The position numbers and the translations under genes are program-made. The notes under the pieces were generated by a model. That model made no database searches, was not told the origin of the DNA, and was given only the letters and a program-made list of their open reading frames with translations. Shown here one piece after another: positions 44,359-53,323 of a stretch of DNA of 64,000 nucleotides. The stretch comes from Smithellaceae bacterium (GTDB lineage: Bacteria > Desulfobacterota > Syntrophia > Syntrophales > Smithellaceae): positions 2,010,618 through 2,074,617 of the forward strand of contig OY820932.1 in NCBI GenBank assembly GCA_963682015.1, read 5' to 3'. Within the stretch, counting starts at the first letter, position 1; every line of letters begins with the position of its first letter.

Positions 44359-45388
44359 TTACGCCGGCTTCGTCAAACGTTGCCATTTCCCTGAGAATAC
44401 GGGCCGCGGCTTCCACCAGGTGAAAAGCCAGCACCGCACCGGTTCCTTCTCCCAGGCGCAGATTCAGATTCAGCAAAGGTGTAAGACCCAGGTGATCGTG
44501 CATGGCCTGATGTCCGATTTCCATGGAACGGTGCGCGCCGAATAAATAATGGCGCACATCCGGAACCAGGCCGACCGCAATCATGGCCGCGGCGGTGGAG
44601 ATGAATCCGTCCACGACGACCGGAACGCGCCGCGCAGCGGCGGCAATCATCACGCCGGCAAGACCGGCAATTTCAAGCCCACCGACTTTACTAAGCACAT
44701 CCAGCGCGTCGGCGGGATTGGGCTGGTTCACACGGATCGCCTGTTCGATCACCCGGATCTTCAGAGTCAACCCGGCATCGTCAACACCCGTCCCGCGGCC
44801 CGTAACTTTAGCAACCGGAAGCCCCGTCAAAACAGCAACGATGGCTGCAGACGGCGATGTATTGCCGATTCCCATATCACCCGTGGCCACCAGATCAAGT
44901 CCTTTTGCCGCAACATCGGCGAACACTTCCATGCCGCAGACCAGCGCCTGCTTCGCCTCGTTCCGGGTCATGGCCGGTCCTTTCGCCATATTGCGCGTTC
45001 CCCGGGCAATTTTGCGATGCAGAAGCCCCGGCAATGACGGATCAAAATCGGATGCAACGCCAATATCGACGATGATCATCGATGCACCGGCCTGCCGCGC
45101 CAGCACATTGACCGCGGCCCCGCCGCGAAGAAAGTTCAGCACCATTTGCGGCGTAACTTCAGCGGGAAAAGCACTGACACCTTCCTGCACAACGCCATGG
45201 TCGGCAGCCATCACGATCACCGCCTTCCTGTCCACCCTAGGAAGAGGATCCGCTTTCATCCCGGCCAGCCGGATGGAAATCTCTTCCAGGCGTCCGAGGC
45301 TTCCTTCAGGTTTGGTCAGATTTTTTTGCCGGATCTGAGCCTGTTTTGCGGCTTTTTTATCAATGGGAGGAATCAATGGAAAGTTCAT
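44345..45388 (-). CDS. cobT: Nicotinate-nucleotide--dimethylbenzimidazole phosphoribosyltransferase
   Basis: KNLTKPEGSLGRLEE...VMAADHGV...GDMGIGNTS...EGTGA. Confidence 0.9.
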   Translation of the reverse strand: MNFPLIPPIDKKAAKQAQIRQKNLTKPEGSLGRLEEISIRLAGMKADPLPRVDRKAVIVMAADHGVVQEGVSAFPAEVTPQMVLNFLRGGAAVNVLARQAGASMIIVDIGVASDFDPSLPGLLHRKIARGTRNMAKGPAMTRNEAKQALVCGMEVFADVAAKGLDLVATGDMGIGNTSPSAAIVAVLTGLPVAKVTGRGTGVDDAGLTLKIRVIEQAIRVNQPNPADALDVLSKVGGLEIAGLAGVMIAAAARRVPVVVDGFISTAAAMIAVGLVPDVRHYLFGAHRSMEIGHQAMHDHLGLTPLLNLNLRLGEGTGAVLAFHLVEAAARILREMATFDEAGVSDKE

Positions 45389-46311
45389 GGGGTCTGCCTC
45401 TCTGTTGATCGGGAAATTTTCAAATCCGGATAAATCATCAACGCCATCATTTCCACGGCATCAATAATGCGCGGTGACGCCCGATTAATCAGATTCGCGT
45501 CTATCGGATAAAGTTTATTGTTTTTGATCGCCGGTATTTGAGGAAAATTCCGCCAGAATTTTTTCACGGACACATAGGTTTTATCATTCACCATCGGCGA
45601 GAAAATGATGATATCCGGCGATGCACCGATCACTCCCTCCACGCTGTAACGGGGATAGTTGGCGATATCCCGGCCGGCAATATTCATGCCCCCGGCCCGC
45701 TCGATCACTTCATTGATCAACGTGCCTGCTCCGGCCGTGATCATTGGCTCCAGACCCAGCTGAAAAAAGACGCGTGGTTTCTTTCTGGCGCGCACCTGCA
45801 GAGTGATACGGTCCAGCCTCTTTTGCAGTTTCTCCGCCAGCTCTTCCGCCGCCTGACGTCGATTCGTAATTTCGCCGATACGAATCATACTGTTTAAAAC
45901 ACCCCGGGTGTTCACGGGATTGGTCACATATACGGCCAGACCCAGTCTCTCCAACTGCTCCACGGTTTCTTTCCGATTGCCGTCAGCGGTGGCCAGAATC
46001 AAATCCGGTTTGAGCGCAACGATCTTTTCAATAGAGGGATTGGTAAAACCGCCTATCCGCTCCTTGGCCAGCGCTGCAGCCGGCCAGTCACAAAAAGTAG
46101 TCACTCCGACAATCCGATCGCCAAGCCCCAGCGCGTAAAGTGTTTCCGTAATTCCGGGAGCAAGGGAAACAATGCGCTGCGGGGTTTTTGCGATCCGAAT
46201 CATACGTCCCGTTTCATCTTTAACGGTGATAATTTTTGCCGAAACGTCATGATGCGGGAGTGCGGCAACCGAAGTAAACTCATGGCTAGCTGACAATAAA
46301 AATACCGCCAT
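45385..46311 (-). CDS. btuF: Periplasmic cobalamin/siderophore-type substrate-binding protein (BtuF-like)
   Basis: RIVSLAPGITETLYALGLGDRIVGVT..C..P...K...G......EKIVALKPDLIL. The Met at 46311 was chosen because the upstream part of ORF 45385..46560 is repeat sequence overlapping the btuB end. Confidence 0.75.
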   Translation of the reverse strand: MAVFLLSASHEFTSVAALPHHDVSAKIITVKDETGRMIRIAKTPQRIVSLAPGITETLYALGLGDRIVGVTTFCDWPAAALAKERIGGFTNPSIEKIVALKPDLILATADGNRKETVEQLERLGLAVYVTNPVNTRGVLNSMIRIGEITNRRQAAEELAEKLQKRLDRITLQVRARKKPRVFFQLGLEPMITAGAGTLINEVIERAGGMNIAGRDIANYPRYSVEGVIGASPDIIIFSPMVNDKTYVSVKKFWRNFPQIPAIKNNKLYPIDANLINRASPRIIDAVEMMALMIYPDLKISRSTERQTP

Positions 46312-46418
46312 GGTCCATGAAAAAAATTTTAAAATATACCTTTTTGAAATGCCCTTCTTTTTTAAAGAGGGGTGAGGGAAGATTTTGATGTATTGACCCG
46401 ATTGAAAAATCCCCCCGT

Positions 46419-46437
46419 CCCCCTTTAGAAAAGGGGG
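46419..46437. repeat. REP-like hairpin CCCCCTTT-aga-AAAGGGGG in the btuB-btuF spacer
   Basis: 8-bp perfect stem. Its translation gives PPFLKGDGG in the spurious ORF extension. Confidence 0.6.
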
Positions 46438-46480
46438 TGAAAGTATTTTGCTCAAGATTGGCTTTACACGACTGGCCGGA

Positions 46481-48571
46481 TTAAAAATCAAAAGAAATAC
46501 CTCCCTTGAATGTTCTGCCCGGCATGGGATAGTAGAAATTGGGCATTCCGTACTGGGCATAATCCAGGCCGAAGGATGAGTACATCGTATCGGTCAGATT
46601 TTCCACGCCCGCGAAGACCGTCATCTTGACCCGGCCTAAAGCCGGTCTGTAGTATATATAAAAATTCAGCAGAGTATAAGATTCCAGTTTTTCGGTGTTG
46701 TTATCGTTGTCGCCGGACAGATAGGCATCTCCCACATGACGGATTTCAGGCTTCAGGGTCACGTTGCAGGGCAGATAGATTTCCATGCCAGCATTGAGCA
46801 TTCGGTTGGGCACCATTGGAATTTCTTTTTTGTTATACTGGCCAGCCTCAAACGTTGCCTTGTTGTAGGTAAAGTTTCCGTATACTTTAAGATACTTCTG
46901 CCAGAGATAGGAAATGGAAATTTCAGCGCCGTCATGGCGGGTTCTGCCGACATTGCGGTTCTCTCCCAGATACAGAATCGGATCATAAATAAAATACTGA
47001 ATTTCATCCTCCATGTCGACGCGAAAGAGGGTCAGAGCCAGTTTGAGATTTTCGAGAGGATAATATTCCGTCCCGACTTCCATACTGGTTCCCTTCTCCT
47101 TATCCAGGTTGACCAGAAAAGGCGATGGAGCACTGTAGCCATTGAAAGAGGCGATTTCGTCCAGAAAGGGAATCCGGTAGACCGTGGCATAGCGGGTAAA
47201 CAATTTTGATTTTTTCCCCCAGAGGAACGTCAGCCCCGCTTCATAAGCCTGAGCACGATAGACTTTTTCATTATCAAAATTGTTTGCCGCTGACACAAAA
47301 TCCGTATTGCTGCCTTGAATGGATGTCTGTTCAATACGATAACCGGCGCTGAAAATCAGATTTTTCAAAATGCTGAACTCATCCCGGATATAATATCCGG
47401 TACTCTGCCGGCGTAAAGAAGCCGAGCTTAAGCGGCTGGTTCTTTCCCGGTCATTGAAATATTTCTTTTTGTAGGGCTCATGATAATAGTCCACGCCAAG
47501 AATGACTTTATTACGAAATTTCCAGATGTCTCTTTCCAGAATATACCTGGGCGTAACTCCGTAAGTTTCCGCACTGGTATCGGAATAAACATAGGAATAA
47601 GGCAACCAGGAAGAAACCCAGGAGGGCATATTGCTCTCCAGATCTTTCCGGCCATACATCAGGTTCACTTCCATCTGCCCGAAAGCGCCCCAGAAGGATT
47701 TCACTCCGAAATTGACGCTGGTGTGCCTGTCTCTGCCGTCATTATTATCGTTCGCGTTTATCCAGTACAGGGGCATCGCCGGCTGATACTGACGGCGGTC
47801 CTGCTGCATCTGCTCTCTGGTCAAAGCACCCGGCATCTGGTAATCAGCCCGGTTGAAAGAAACACCCAGTGAAAGATTCAGCAGATCATGGGCCGCGTAG
47901 CCGGCTTCGAAACCGCCGCCCGTCGCTGAATATTTCGAACGGTCGCGATAACCGAAGCTGAAATTATTCTCGCCGACCAGGGCATAGGTCCATTGATCCG
48001 CAGCACCCGTAACCCCGACACGCTCATTGTGCAGGCCATAGCTTCCGGCCTGGACCGAAGCGTTGATAACGGGTTTGCTTTTTCCTTTTTTGGGGATGAT
48101 GTTGATCACGCCGCCTATTGCCGCGTCGCCATACAGCACACTTCCAGGCCCCCGGACAATTTCAATCCGTTCAATCATATTCACCGGCATTTGCATCCAG
48201 TTGATCGAGGCCATGTCGCTGCGATTCAGGCGCCGGCCGTCCAGCATGACCAACGTTTTGCCGTAAGGATTGTCACCACCGATCCCGCGCATATCCACAT
48301 AGGCCTGCGAGGGGTTGCCGCTGAAGGTCCGAAACTGAATACTCTCGAGTTTATCCAGCGCCTCAACAACCGTTGTCGCCCCGGACTTGCTGATCTCATC
48401 GGCGCTGATCACGGTGATATTGGCGGGCGTTTTGCGGACTTCTTTCGCGTCTCGCGTGGCGGTAACGACAACCTCGCCCATTTTGACGGGTTCATCTTCT
48501 TTGCTCAAAGCATACACGAATGAAACGGGAACAACAGACAATAACAGAACAAACAGCAGGATCTTCTTCAT
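46481..48571 (-). CDS. btuB: TonB-dependent outer membrane receptor (BtuB-like by context)
   Basis: Signal peptide, TonB box EVVVTATR, plug domain (IEIVRGPGSVLYG), and a C-terminal ..GRTFKGGISFDF ending in an aromatic residue. Sits directly behind a cobalamin riboswitch. Confidence 0.85.
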   Translation of the reverse strand: MKKILLFVLLLSVVPVSFVYALSKEDEPVKMGEVVVTATRDAKEVRKTPANITVISADEISKSGATTVVEALDKLESIQFRTFSGNPSQAYVDMRGIGGDNPYGKTLVMLDGRRLNRSDMASINWMQMPVNMIERIEIVRGPGSVLYGDAAIGGVINIIPKKGKSKPVINASVQAGSYGLHNERVGVTGAADQWTYALVGENNFSFGYRDRSKYSATGGGFEAGYAAHDLLNLSLGVSFNRADYQMPGALTREQMQQDRRQYQPAMPLYWINANDNNDGRDRHTSVNFGVKSFWGAFGQMEVNLMYGRKDLESNMPSWVSSWLPYSYVYSDTSAETYGVTPRYILERDIWKFRNKVILGVDYYHEPYKKKYFNDRERTSRLSSASLRRQSTGYYIRDEFSILKNLIFSAGYRIEQTSIQGSNTDFVSAANNFDNEKVYRAQAYEAGLTFLWGKKSKLFTRYATVYRIPFLDEIASFNGYSAPSPFLVNLDKEKGTSMEVGTEYYPLENLKLALTLFRVDMEDEIQYFIYDPILYLGENRNVGRTRHDGAEISISYLWQKYLKVYGNFTYNKATFEAGQYNKKEIPMVPNRMLNAGMEIYLPCNVTLKPEIRHVGDAYLSGDNDNNTEKLESYTLLNFYIYYRPALGRVKMTVFAGVENLTDTMYSSFGLDYAQYGMPNFYYPMPGRTFKGGISFDF

Positions 48572-48597
48572 GGACTTCTCCTTTCCCCCTCGGGATT

Positions 48598-48870
48598 AAA
48601 GTAAGCAAGACCGTCCCTAAAGTCTCCTGGCTTGCGGCATCCTAGTATCCACGCCTTCCCGGCGTTTTCACGTCAGTGGCTTTGTAAGTCCTTTGAATAA
48701 TGTCATTTCGAGGAGCAAGCGACGAGAAATCTGATTTTTAAATTCTAATGATTTCTCTATTCGTTCGAAATGACATCTGATGATTTTATCAAAGGCCTTC
48801 CTCTGTGGAGTTCGTTCCGCTTACAGTTGCGGGGCAGCGCCGGACTCTCACCGGCTTCCTTTTCTGGACA
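48598..48870 (-). promoter_or_regulatory. Cobalamin riboswitch (minus strand) in the btuB leader
   Basis: The reverse complement contains GGAAGCCGGTGAGAGTCCGGCGCTGCCCCGCAACTGTAAGCGG, GCCACTGACGTGAAAACGCCGGGAAGGCGTGG and the B12-box-like AAGCCAGGAGAC. These are the three conserved blocks of the cobalamin riboswitch, in the correct order. Confidence 0.85.
48700..48776. repeat. 77-nt palindromic hairpin embedded in the riboswitch variable arm (ATGTCATTTCGA ... TCGAAATGACAT)
   Basis: 12-bp perfect outer arms, inner arms GAGAAATC/GATTTCTC, closed by a further stem CCTTTGA/TCAAAGG (48690-48696 / 48789-48795). Confidence 0.75.
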
Positions 48871-48876
48871 ATCAGT

Positions 48877-49653
48877 TCAGGTCAACAACGTCACGCGGGG
48901 CGATCCGTCATGAGGATTGGAATCGATCCCGACATCAACGTCATAAACCTCTTTCATGTTTTTCGCGGTTAAAACGTCCGCGGGAGTCCCTATAGCATAT
49001 TTTTTCCCGCTGTAAAGCAAAAGAATTTGGTCGGCATTCTGCGCGGCCAGATTGACGTCATGGGTTACGAAAATCACGGTCAGGCGTCGCTCCCTGCTCA
49101 GTTTTCGAAGAAGGGTCAGAAACTGCGCCTGATGTTTCAAATCCAGGAAAACCGTGCTTTCATCCAGGAGAAGAATTCTGGGCTCCTGCGCCAGGGCGCG
49201 GGCAATTAAAACACGCTGCCTTTCACCGGCGGAAAGTTCATTGAAGCGGCGATGGGCAAAAGACAGACAGTCGGTCTGGGCCATGACTTCCCGGGCAATC
49301 CGGTAATCATTTTTATCTTCAAAGGCCAGAGACCGAAAATGCGGGAAACGGCCCATGAGGACGATTTCTTCGGCGAAAAAAGAAAAAATCGCCGGCGCCT
49401 CCTGCGGAACGATTGCCACGGTGCGCGCAATTTCCCGGCGGGGTAAACGATGCGTTTCGGTTCCGTCGATGAGCACGCGGCCTGCGCCGGGGTAGATGGT
49501 GGCGTTGAGCAATTTCAAAAGCGTTGTTTTGCCGGAGCCGTTTGGACCGATCACCGCCAGAAGCCGCGCGGCCTCCACCGTGAAGGACACATCGTTGATC
49601 ACGGATTTTTCGCCGTAGGAAAAAAATGCATTTTCAACCGCAATCACCGTCAT
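48877..49653 (-). CDS. ABC transporter ATP-binding protein, FecE/BtuD type
   Basis: GPNGSGKTTLLKLL, LSAGERQRVLIARAL, LLLDE. Confidence 0.85.
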   Translation of the reverse strand: MTVIAVENAFFSYGEKSVINDVSFTVEAARLLAVIGPNGSGKTTLLKLLNATIYPGAGRVLIDGTETHRLPRREIARTVAIVPQEAPAIFSFFAEEIVLMGRFPHFRSLAFEDKNDYRIAREVMAQTDCLSFAHRRFNELSAGERQRVLIARALAQEPRILLLDESTVFLDLKHQAQFLTLLRKLSRERRLTVIFVTHDVNLAAQNADQILLLYSGKKYAIGTPADVLTAKNMKEVYDVDVGIDSNPHDGSPRVTLLT

Positions 49654-50660
49654 CGCAATCTCCTTCTCATCAGAAAGATAAAATAGGGAGCGCCGCAGAG
49701 CGCGGTGATCACGCCGACCGACAATTCCGCCGGGGCAAGAATGATCCGCGCCAGCGTATCGGCCACGACCAGAAAAGACGCACCGAAGAGGGCTGTCGCG
49801 GGCAAAAGCAGTCGATGATCGGCACCGAACACCAGGCGCATCATATGCGGCACCATGATGCCCACAAACCCGATGATGCCCGAAAGCGCCACGGCCACTG
49901 CCGTAATCAGCGATGTGACAACCAGCAGAACATATTTTGTCCGCCGGACATGAACACCCAGCTGCAGGGCGGTTTCCTCACCCTGCACCATCAGATTGAG
50001 CTTCCGCGACTGCGCATAAAGGATGACAAAGCCGGTCAGCAGGCAAAAAGCAGCCAGGGTAATTTCCGGCCATGCGGCATGGGACAGATCGCCCATCAGC
50101 CAGAAGCTGATGCTGTGGAGTTCAATGCTGTTGACAACGGATAAGGCAAAAAGAATTGCGGCGGAAAAAAAAGAGTTCACAACTACGCCGGCCAGAATAA
50201 GCGCATTATCCAGAAGCGCGCCCCGGGAACCGCCGGACACAATGAAAACAAGCAAAACGGTAATCAGAGCACCGATAAAAGCCAGGAACGGCACTCCCAG
50301 AAAAAAGGTACCCGCGCCCAGCACAATGCCGATAATCGCTCCCAGCGCCGAACCGCCGGAAATGCCCAGAACGTAGGGATCAGCCAGGGGGTTTCGCAAA
50401 AGCGCCTGAAAGACCACTCCGCTGATCGAGAGAGATGCGCCGACAATGCCGGCAAACAGAATCCGCGGCAGACGCACTGAAAAAAGAATCAGTTTCTCTT
50501 CAGAGCCGGGCGACGCATTGCCGGCAAGCCTGTCGGCGATCGCCACCAGTACTTCACCCGGAGCAATGGAGACAGCCCCCAGGCCGAGTGCAACAAGACA
50601 AAGCACTGCAAACAGCAAAAGCAGCAGTGCACTGATGCGCAGAACGCGCGATAAAGTCAC
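49650..50660 (-). CDS. FecCD/BtuC-family ABC permease
   Basis: About 9-10 TM helices with RLPRILFAGIVGASLSISGVVFQALLRNPLADPYVLGISGG. The GTG start has no nearby SD; an in-frame CTG/ATT 9-15 nt upstream sits behind GGGAGG. Confidence 0.85.
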   Translation of the reverse strand: MTLSRVLRISALLLLLFAVLCLVALGLGAVSIAPGEVLVAIADRLAGNASPGSEEKLILFSVRLPRILFAGIVGASLSISGVVFQALLRNPLADPYVLGISGGSALGAIIGIVLGAGTFFLGVPFLAFIGALITVLLVFIVSGGSRGALLDNALILAGVVVNSFFSAAILFALSVVNSIELHSISFWLMGDLSHAAWPEITLAAFCLLTGFVILYAQSRKLNLMVQGEETALQLGVHVRRTKYVLLVVTSLITAVAVALSGIIGFVGIMVPHMMRLVFGADHRLLLPATALFGASFLVVADTLARIILAPAELSVGVITALCGAPYFIFLMRRRLR

Positions 50661-50751
50661 CCGGCGGTAAATCAGACGGTTCCTCCCTCTTTTTTAGTCC
50701 GCGATACGCTGTGCGATCCTTTTAATCAAGTATTTTTTATGGTGCCGTGTT

Positions 50752-51513
50752 TCAAGGACGTTTCCCTGCCGGGGCAAGATAAATGGTAAATTCTTCCTCG
50801 CCATCCACGCCCAGGAGCTCGTCGCAGGCCTCTTGATCGTACGCGGCAATCGCACAGACGCCAATGTCCATTGCCTGCCCGGCCAGGTAAAGGTTCTGGC
50901 AGACGTGGCCCGCGTCAATGGCAATCACCTTATGGGCGGCCAGATCATATCGCCACTCCATTCTTGCCGGTATCGCCGTCCAGAAAAAGGTCACGGCGGA
51001 TGCGGCAATAAAGTTTTGTCCAAAGCAGGCCATGGCCGCTCTCCGGCCGATCCGGGAATCAACTTCCAGTTGTGCAAGCTTCCCGTCAAACGGCAGGTAG
51101 CGATACAGCCCGGCGGGCAGATTTTCCACACGGTTGACTACCAGATAGGTTTCAAAGCCGTGGCGCGCACCAGCAGACGGAACGGTGCGCAAAGCCGTAT
51201 CGGGACCGAGCACCTGCCTTACACCCTGCGTTGCCCAGAGCAGGGCGGATAGTTCGTCAAGTGTAAGCGGCTCGGAGCGGTACTGACGGATGCTTTCGCG
51301 CCCGGCGATCGCCCTGGCCACGGGCATAATTGCCAGGCGGGAAAATGCTTCCGCGCCATCCGGCAGATCAATTATTTGAGCATCCGGCGGACAGGGTTTT
51401 TGCAAAGGCGGAGCGGAAAGCCCCAGGTTCTGAGCCGTCCGCGAAAAATCAATCTGTTTGCGGATGGTGTCCTTCAAAAGAAAACGATTACCTTCAAATT
51501 TCTTCTCGGACAT
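50752..51513 (-). CDS. SagB-type / nitroreductase-family dehydrogenase
   Basis: ATG at 51513 gives MSEKKFEGN.... R.S.R.Y...PL....LS.LLWA.QG...R.VPSAGA....E.Y. The longer tracked ORF overlaps the SDR gene and was trimmed. Confidence 0.65.
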   Translation of the reverse strand: MSEKKFEGNRFLLKDTIRKQIDFSRTAQNLGLSAPPLQKPCPPDAQIIDLPDGAEAFSRLAIMPVARAIAGRESIRQYRSEPLTLDELSALLWATQGVRQVLGPDTALRTVPSAGARHGFETYLVVNRVENLPAGLYRYLPFDGKLAQLEVDSRIGRRAAMACFGQNFIAASAVTFFWTAIPARMEWRYDLAAHKVIAIDAGHVCQNLYLAGQAMDIGVCAIAAYDQEACDELLGVDGEEEFTIYLAPAGKRP

Positions 51514-51521
51514 GTCCTGCC

Positions 51522-52334
51522 TCACATAGCGGCTGACTTCATCATTTTCTTGGAAACGGCAACCGTCATGCTTCTGGGCGCCAGGCGGGCGGCAAACGCC
51601 ATAAGCGAATTCCAGCCACCGGCAATCACCGACAGTTTTTTTGCGAAGAGGGCTTTGACACCGGTTTCGGCGACTCTCCGGGATTCCATCAGATTGTTTT
51701 TGGCCCAGATTCCCGTTTTCCTGGAATCGAGGATATCCTGCACGCCTGCGGCTTGAAAGAAGTTGGTGTCGGTCGGACCGGGCGACAGGCATGTCACCAC
51801 GACGCCATAATCTTCCAGCTCCTTGGCCAGCGCCTCCGAAAAGCTCAGCACATAGCTCTTGGTGGCCCCGTAAACCGCGGTAAACGGTGTGGGTTGATAA
51901 GCGGCCGTGGAAGCAACATTCAGGATGTATCCCCTTTTCTTTTTTTTCATTTCCCGGCCGAAAAACGAGCACATCTGGGTCAATGCCGAGGCATTCAACT
52001 GTATCATCTCCGCCGACTTATCCGGATCCAGATCGACATGTTCGCCATAAACGCCAAAACCGGCGTTATTTACCAGCACGGAAATCTCGATGTTCCGCGA
52101 AACCGTCTCTTCATAAACTTTGCGCGCCGAAGAAGATTTTATCAGATCGATGGACATGATGTTCACGGTGATCCCATAAAGCTTTTCCAGCTTCTCCCTG
52201 ATGGCATCCATCTTTTCCCGGTTGCGGCTCGCCAGAAAGAGATCATATCCTCTTTCGGCAAAAATATTCGCCATATCGTTTCCAATACCTGACGTTGCGC
52301 CGGTAATCAATACGGTCTCTCTTTTCGTTTTCAT
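51522..52334 (-). CDS. Short-chain dehydrogenase/reductase (SDR)
   Basis: VLITGATSGIG..., NNAG, Y....K catalytic pattern (YGATKSY). Confidence 0.85.
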   Translation of the reverse strand: MKTKRETVLITGATSGIGNDMANIFAERGYDLFLASRNREKMDAIREKLEKLYGITVNIMSIDLIKSSSARKVYEETVSRNIEISVLVNNAGFGVYGEHVDLDPDKSAEMIQLNASALTQMCSFFGREMKKKKRGYILNVASTAAYQPTPFTAVYGATKSYVLSFSEALAKELEDYGVVVTCLSPGPTDTNFFQAAGVQDILDSRKTGIWAKNNLMESRRVAETGVKALFAKKLSVIAGGWNSLMAFAARLAPRSMTVAVSKKMMKSAAM

Positions 52335-52349
52335 CTTCTTTCCCCGACC

Positions 52350-53216
52350 TTATAATTTTTTATCGACACGCACAAAATCCGTCATTTCTTTCCATAATGC
52401 CGCATCGGCGAAGAACGGCCAGTCGTTATGCCCCGCTCCCCGGATGACCCACATGTGTTTCCGGCCCTCGGGCAGATTCGCGTACAAATTGTGAGCATGC
52501 CCGACAGGCAGAATTTCATCCCGTTCAGCGCCGACCACGGAAATCTTACCCGGAAAGGATTGCAGATTGCCGATGCTGTCATACTTGTCGGTCAAAACCA
52601 GCTTCACCGGCAGAAAGGGAAACAGCGATTTGGCGACCAGCGCCAGCGTATCCCAGGGAGTGATAAGAATGATTCCGGCGACCGGCGTCTTCGTCTGCTT
52701 CGCCACGGCGGCAACCACTCCGCAGCCCAGTGATTCACCCAGTAGATACAGCGGTTCCCCATATTGCTCATAGGCAAGCTTCACGGTTTCCAGACCATCA
52801 GTGACAAAAGGTTTTTCGCCGACTTTGCCCGGCCGTCCCCCGTATCTGGGATATTCGGCCAGGACAACCCGGAAGCCCAGCGCATGCAGCGGCTCCATGT
52901 AGAAACTCCGGTCCAATGCCGTCCCGCCGTTGCCGTGAAAAAGTACAATGGTGCCATGCGGTGCGGGAGTTTTGTCCGCAGCAATCAATCCCCGATAATC
53001 CGGGCCTGCCGCCTGCCACAGCACCAGATGCTCTGAAGCCAGCATGGGTACCGTCGGCCACTCATCGTTGGGAAAATAAAGAAACCGGTTTTGCATATTA
53101 CAACCTCCCAGAAAAAAAATTACAACAACTGCCAGCAGCCACCTGTTTTGAATAACCCCCAAAGTTGCGTCCCCCGCATCCCGGTTATTGGACGGAAACG
53201 TAACATATCTGTTCAT
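52350..53216 (-). CDS. Alpha/beta hydrolase with N-terminal membrane/lipoprotein anchor
   Basis: WLLAVVVIFFLGGC, then HGNGG, GESLGCG (nucleophile elbow), and GAGHND. Start uncertain (alternative at 53282). Confidence 0.65.
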   Translation of the reverse strand: MNRYVTFPSNNRDAGDATLGVIQNRWLLAVVVIFFLGGCNMQNRFLYFPNDEWPTVPMLASEHLVLWQAAGPDYRGLIAADKTPAPHGTIVLFHGNGGTALDRSFYMEPLHALGFRVVLAEYPRYGGRPGKVGEKPFVTDGLETVKLAYEQYGEPLYLLGESLGCGVVAAVAKQTKTPVAGIILITPWDTLALVAKSLFPFLPVKLVLTDKYDSIGNLQSFPGKISVVGAERDEILPVGHAHNLYANLPEGRKHMWVIRGAGHNDWPFFADAALWKEMTDFVRVDKKL

Positions 53217-53323
53217 TTTGTAAAGCCCATCCTGCCATTTATCATGCCGCTCGTAACAACTTTCTTCATTCGCCTGTATCATTTTTATAGCATTAAATCG
53301 CTGTTTCGGCTAAGTTGCGTTTC

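Noticed and set aside
46312-46560. N-terminal extension of the BtuF-like ORF (track start 46560).
   Set aside because: It overlaps the 3' end of btuB and runs through REP-like hairpins (PPFLKGDGGIF). The signal-peptide-like segment and homology start at the Met at 46311.
50752-51513. Nitroreductase-fold gene next to B12 genes, considered as BluB (DMB synthase).
   Set aside because: The sequence pattern is SagB-type dehydrogenase-like. I cannot identify BluB-specific features, and an O2-dependent BluB would be unexpected in what looks like a strict anaerobe. It is left as an unassigned nitroreductase-family protein.
51514-51972. Upstream 153 codons of tracked ORF 50752..51972.
   Set aside because: They overlap the well-supported SDR gene in another frame. 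The nitroreductase-family homology starts at MSEKKFEGN (51513), 8 nt after the SDR stop.
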